Shown here one piece after another: positions 22,845 through 24,000 of a DNA stretch of 24,000 bases (positions are counted from its first letter, which is position 1; the number at the start of each line of letters is the position of its first letter). The position numbers were made by a program, and so were the translations under genes. The notes beneath the pieces are model-generated. The model was not told the DNA's origin, made no database searches, and worked only from the letters and a program-made list of their open reading frames with translations. The DNA comes from an uncultured Actinomycetota bacterium (lineage in GTDB: Bacteria; Actinomycetota; Actinomycetes; Mycobacteriales; Nakamurellaceae): positions 685,973 through 709,972 of the forward strand of contig CAVPUK010000005.1 in assembly GCA_963708935.1 (NCBI GenBank), read 5' to 3'.

Positions 22845-22869
22845 GGTTCAATCCCTGTATCGCCCACCA
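22845..22869 (+). other. tRNA 3'-end-like sequence (T-loop, T-stem 3' strand, acceptor 3' strand, discriminator, CCA); possible att-site relic
   Basis: GG-TTCAATC-CCTGT-ATCGCCC-A-CCA has exactly the spacing of tRNA positions 52-76. It has a canonical T-loop (TTCAATC) and C61. The upstream sequence does not supply the complementary T-stem (cttgg instead of acagg), D-arm or 5' acceptor strand, so it is not a complete tRNA gene. The 9-mer GTATCGCCC recurs at 22892-22900. Confidence 0.4.
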
Positions 22870-23247
22870 GTATTACTGCAGGTCAGACGGGGTATCGCCC
22901 GGATCGACCTGCCAAGGTGGTCACCATCGTGGCTTCGGCTAACCGGCATCTTCACCGCGAAGGGTTGTCCGAGATGCCGTCTGACACGCACGGGAGTGCT
23001 CCGGCAAGGCTGCTGCTCGACACGCGCCGGCGCCAAAGATCGCCTCGCCAAAGCCGCCGCGGTGCCCACCTGGGAAGCCTTCGGCTTCTCCCCGGCCGAG
23101 CCAACCCAGCTCCGCACTGGCGATCTGGCAGGGCTGATCGCGGCTTTCGAGTCGGCCCAAGCAGTCCGCACACGCGATCCGTGGCCAGCTTGAGCAGTTC
23201 GCCGCCTAACCCCCCGGACCGCGTGCGCATTGTCTGCGGCATGCCGA

Positions 23248-23761
23248 TCAGCGGTCGGGTCGACAACGTGGCCTGCTTCCGCCGCCCGCCTCATGAGGGC
23301 TTGCCCGCATCGCGGCGCGCTGCCTATCCTGCCAACATGAGGGGCTATCCCGGGGACTCTGCGGCCGGTGACCCGAACGCGTCTCGACGACCTGGTCGAG
23401 GCTGACCGCTTGGCGGTCGACGTCCTCCATGTACAGCCGTCCAGCCACGATCTGGCCGTCAAGGATCTCGAACATGGTCACTCCCCGCATCTCGAACGGC
23501 TGGCCGTCATTTCGAGTACCTGACCAGTGCCATTCGGTCCAGGTGGTGTCACCGTCGTCGACCGATCGACGAAGTTCGGCCCGAAATCCGGGATCCGGCG
23601 AACATCGCAGCCCAGTTGGCGTGCATCTGAGCTCGGCCCACGAAGGAGAAGCTCGGGTGCGCTGGCTGTTCACTGCGGTAGTCCTGATGCATCAGGCCCG
23701 CAGCGCCCGCCAAGTCGTGATTGTTCATGGCCACGACCAGCTGATCGATAATGTCGGCCAT
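23248..23761 (-). pseudogene. SnoaL/NTF2-like fold protein gene with a frameshift
   Basis: The N-terminal part is MADIIDQLVVAMNNHDLAGAAGLMHQDYRSEQPAHPSFSFVGRAQMHANWAAMFAG (ORF 23549..23818; start ATG 23761 with RBS AAGGGAG). The family sequence continues in another frame: DPGFRAELRRSVDDGDTTWTEWHWSGTRNDGQPFEMRGVTMFEILDGQIVAGRLYMEDVD (ORF 23248..23673). The frame change is at ~23585-23600. The C-terminal ~45 codons (after ..VVETRSG) look like non-native read-through. Confidence 0.7.
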
Positions 23762-23814
23762 AAGACGCTCCCTTGGTTCGGGCCGGGACCCTTCGTTATT
23801 ATCGTCCTGATTGG

Positions 23815-24000
23815 TCAATCAGTCGATCCACACAACACCCGGGTTGCCAGACGACGATTCCGGTACACCGACCCGCTCGCCGAGCATCCCACCGGATACC
23901 GCGGCGTCTGAACCGTCAGGACCAGTTCGTTGTTCACCACCTCGCTCTCCAACAGCAGAAATCCGGGCAGCATCAGTACAGCGGTATTGTCCTGGTTCAC
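23815..24000 (-). mobile_element. ISL3-family transposase N-terminal fragment (runs off the right edge, terminated prematurely)
   Basis: ..NTAVLMLPGFLLLESEVVNNELVLTVQTPRYPVGCSASGSVYRNRRLATRV.. resembles the ISL3 N-terminus (L.LPG..V..V......L.V.......C..CG......R....V.D). The zinc-finger CxxC is degraded to GCSASG. A stop occurs at 23815-23817 after about 60 codons, and no transposase body lies downstream. Confidence 0.4.

Noticed and set aside
22783-22869. Possible complete long-arm tRNA gene ending at ACCA 22869.
   Set aside because: Only 4 of 7 acceptor pairs could form with gggctta. There is no D-arm GG motif, no identifiable anticodon stem-loop, and the T-stem 5' strand does not pair. 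Only the 3' 25 nt are tRNA-like.
22076-23462. Large ORFs 22076..22738(-), 22822..23193(+) and 22848..23462(-) as candidate novel genes.
   Set aside because: No recognisable motifs, atypical composition and mutually overlapping frames. 22076..22738 overlaps the 3' end of the IS110 transposase gene. I treat the region as decayed or non-coding rather than calling genes.
1-24000. CRISPR arrays, rRNA genes, and toxin-antitoxin or known defence-system signatures.
   Set aside because: I saw no regularly spaced direct repeats and no rRNA-like conserved blocks. None of the translated ORFs shows nuclease, ATPase or methyltransferase combinations typical of known defence systems.

Overview
High-GC DNA that looks actinobacterial (Actinomycetota): GGAGG-type RBSs and many ATGA stop/start overlaps. 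No rRNA gene, intact tRNA gene or CRISPR array was seen.

**Left part (1-9.8 kb): a carbohydrate/sugar-acid utilisation locus.**
- A minus-strand operon encodes a Zn-dependent alcohol dehydrogenase, a KduD-like SDR and Eda aldolase. Eda runs off the left edge.
- A FadR-type GntR regulator sits next to it.
- A divergent plus-strand ABC importer operon encodes a lipoprotein substrate-binding protein, a MalF-like permease and a MalG-like permease whose reading frame is broken. An enolase-superfamily (MR/MLE) protein with an odd C-terminal tail follows.
- A convergent TIM-barrel sugar isomerase/epimerase gene closes the locus.

**Right part (10-24 kb): accessory and heavily decayed.**
- A CysO/MoaD-like sulfur-carrier gene carries an in-frame TAG. 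Beside it is a 5'-truncated, frameshifted BNR/Asp-box gene.
- An intact two-gene membrane-protein pair of unknown function follows.
- Next is a multiply frameshifted, 5'-truncated IS110-family remnant.
- An intact YtrA-type GntR, ABC ATPase and ABC-2 permease operon follows.
- Then come an IS630-like HTH fragment, a small PH-like protein gene and an arylsulfatase pseudogene.
- A small TM peptide and a winged-helix regulator form an operon divergent from a DUF2278(YukJ)-lamin-tail-domain fusion protein.
- An IS256-family transposase pseudogene has at least 5 indels. An intact IS110-family element has inserted into it exactly inside the conserved TNAI|ESLN motif.
- A lower-GC unassignable block ends at a tRNA 3'-end-like sequence, which may be an att relic.
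- The window ends with a frameshifted SnoaL/NTF2-like gene and an ISL3-like fragment at the right edge.

I did not find a convincing new multi-gene system. The most checkable unusual items are:
- the nested IS110 element, whose target can be reconstructed, so its candidate bridge-RNA region can be tested;
- the density of gene decay;
- the frame-broken permease inside an otherwise intact operon;
- the DUF2278-LTD / small-TM / wHTH module;
- the amber-interrupted CysO-like gene.
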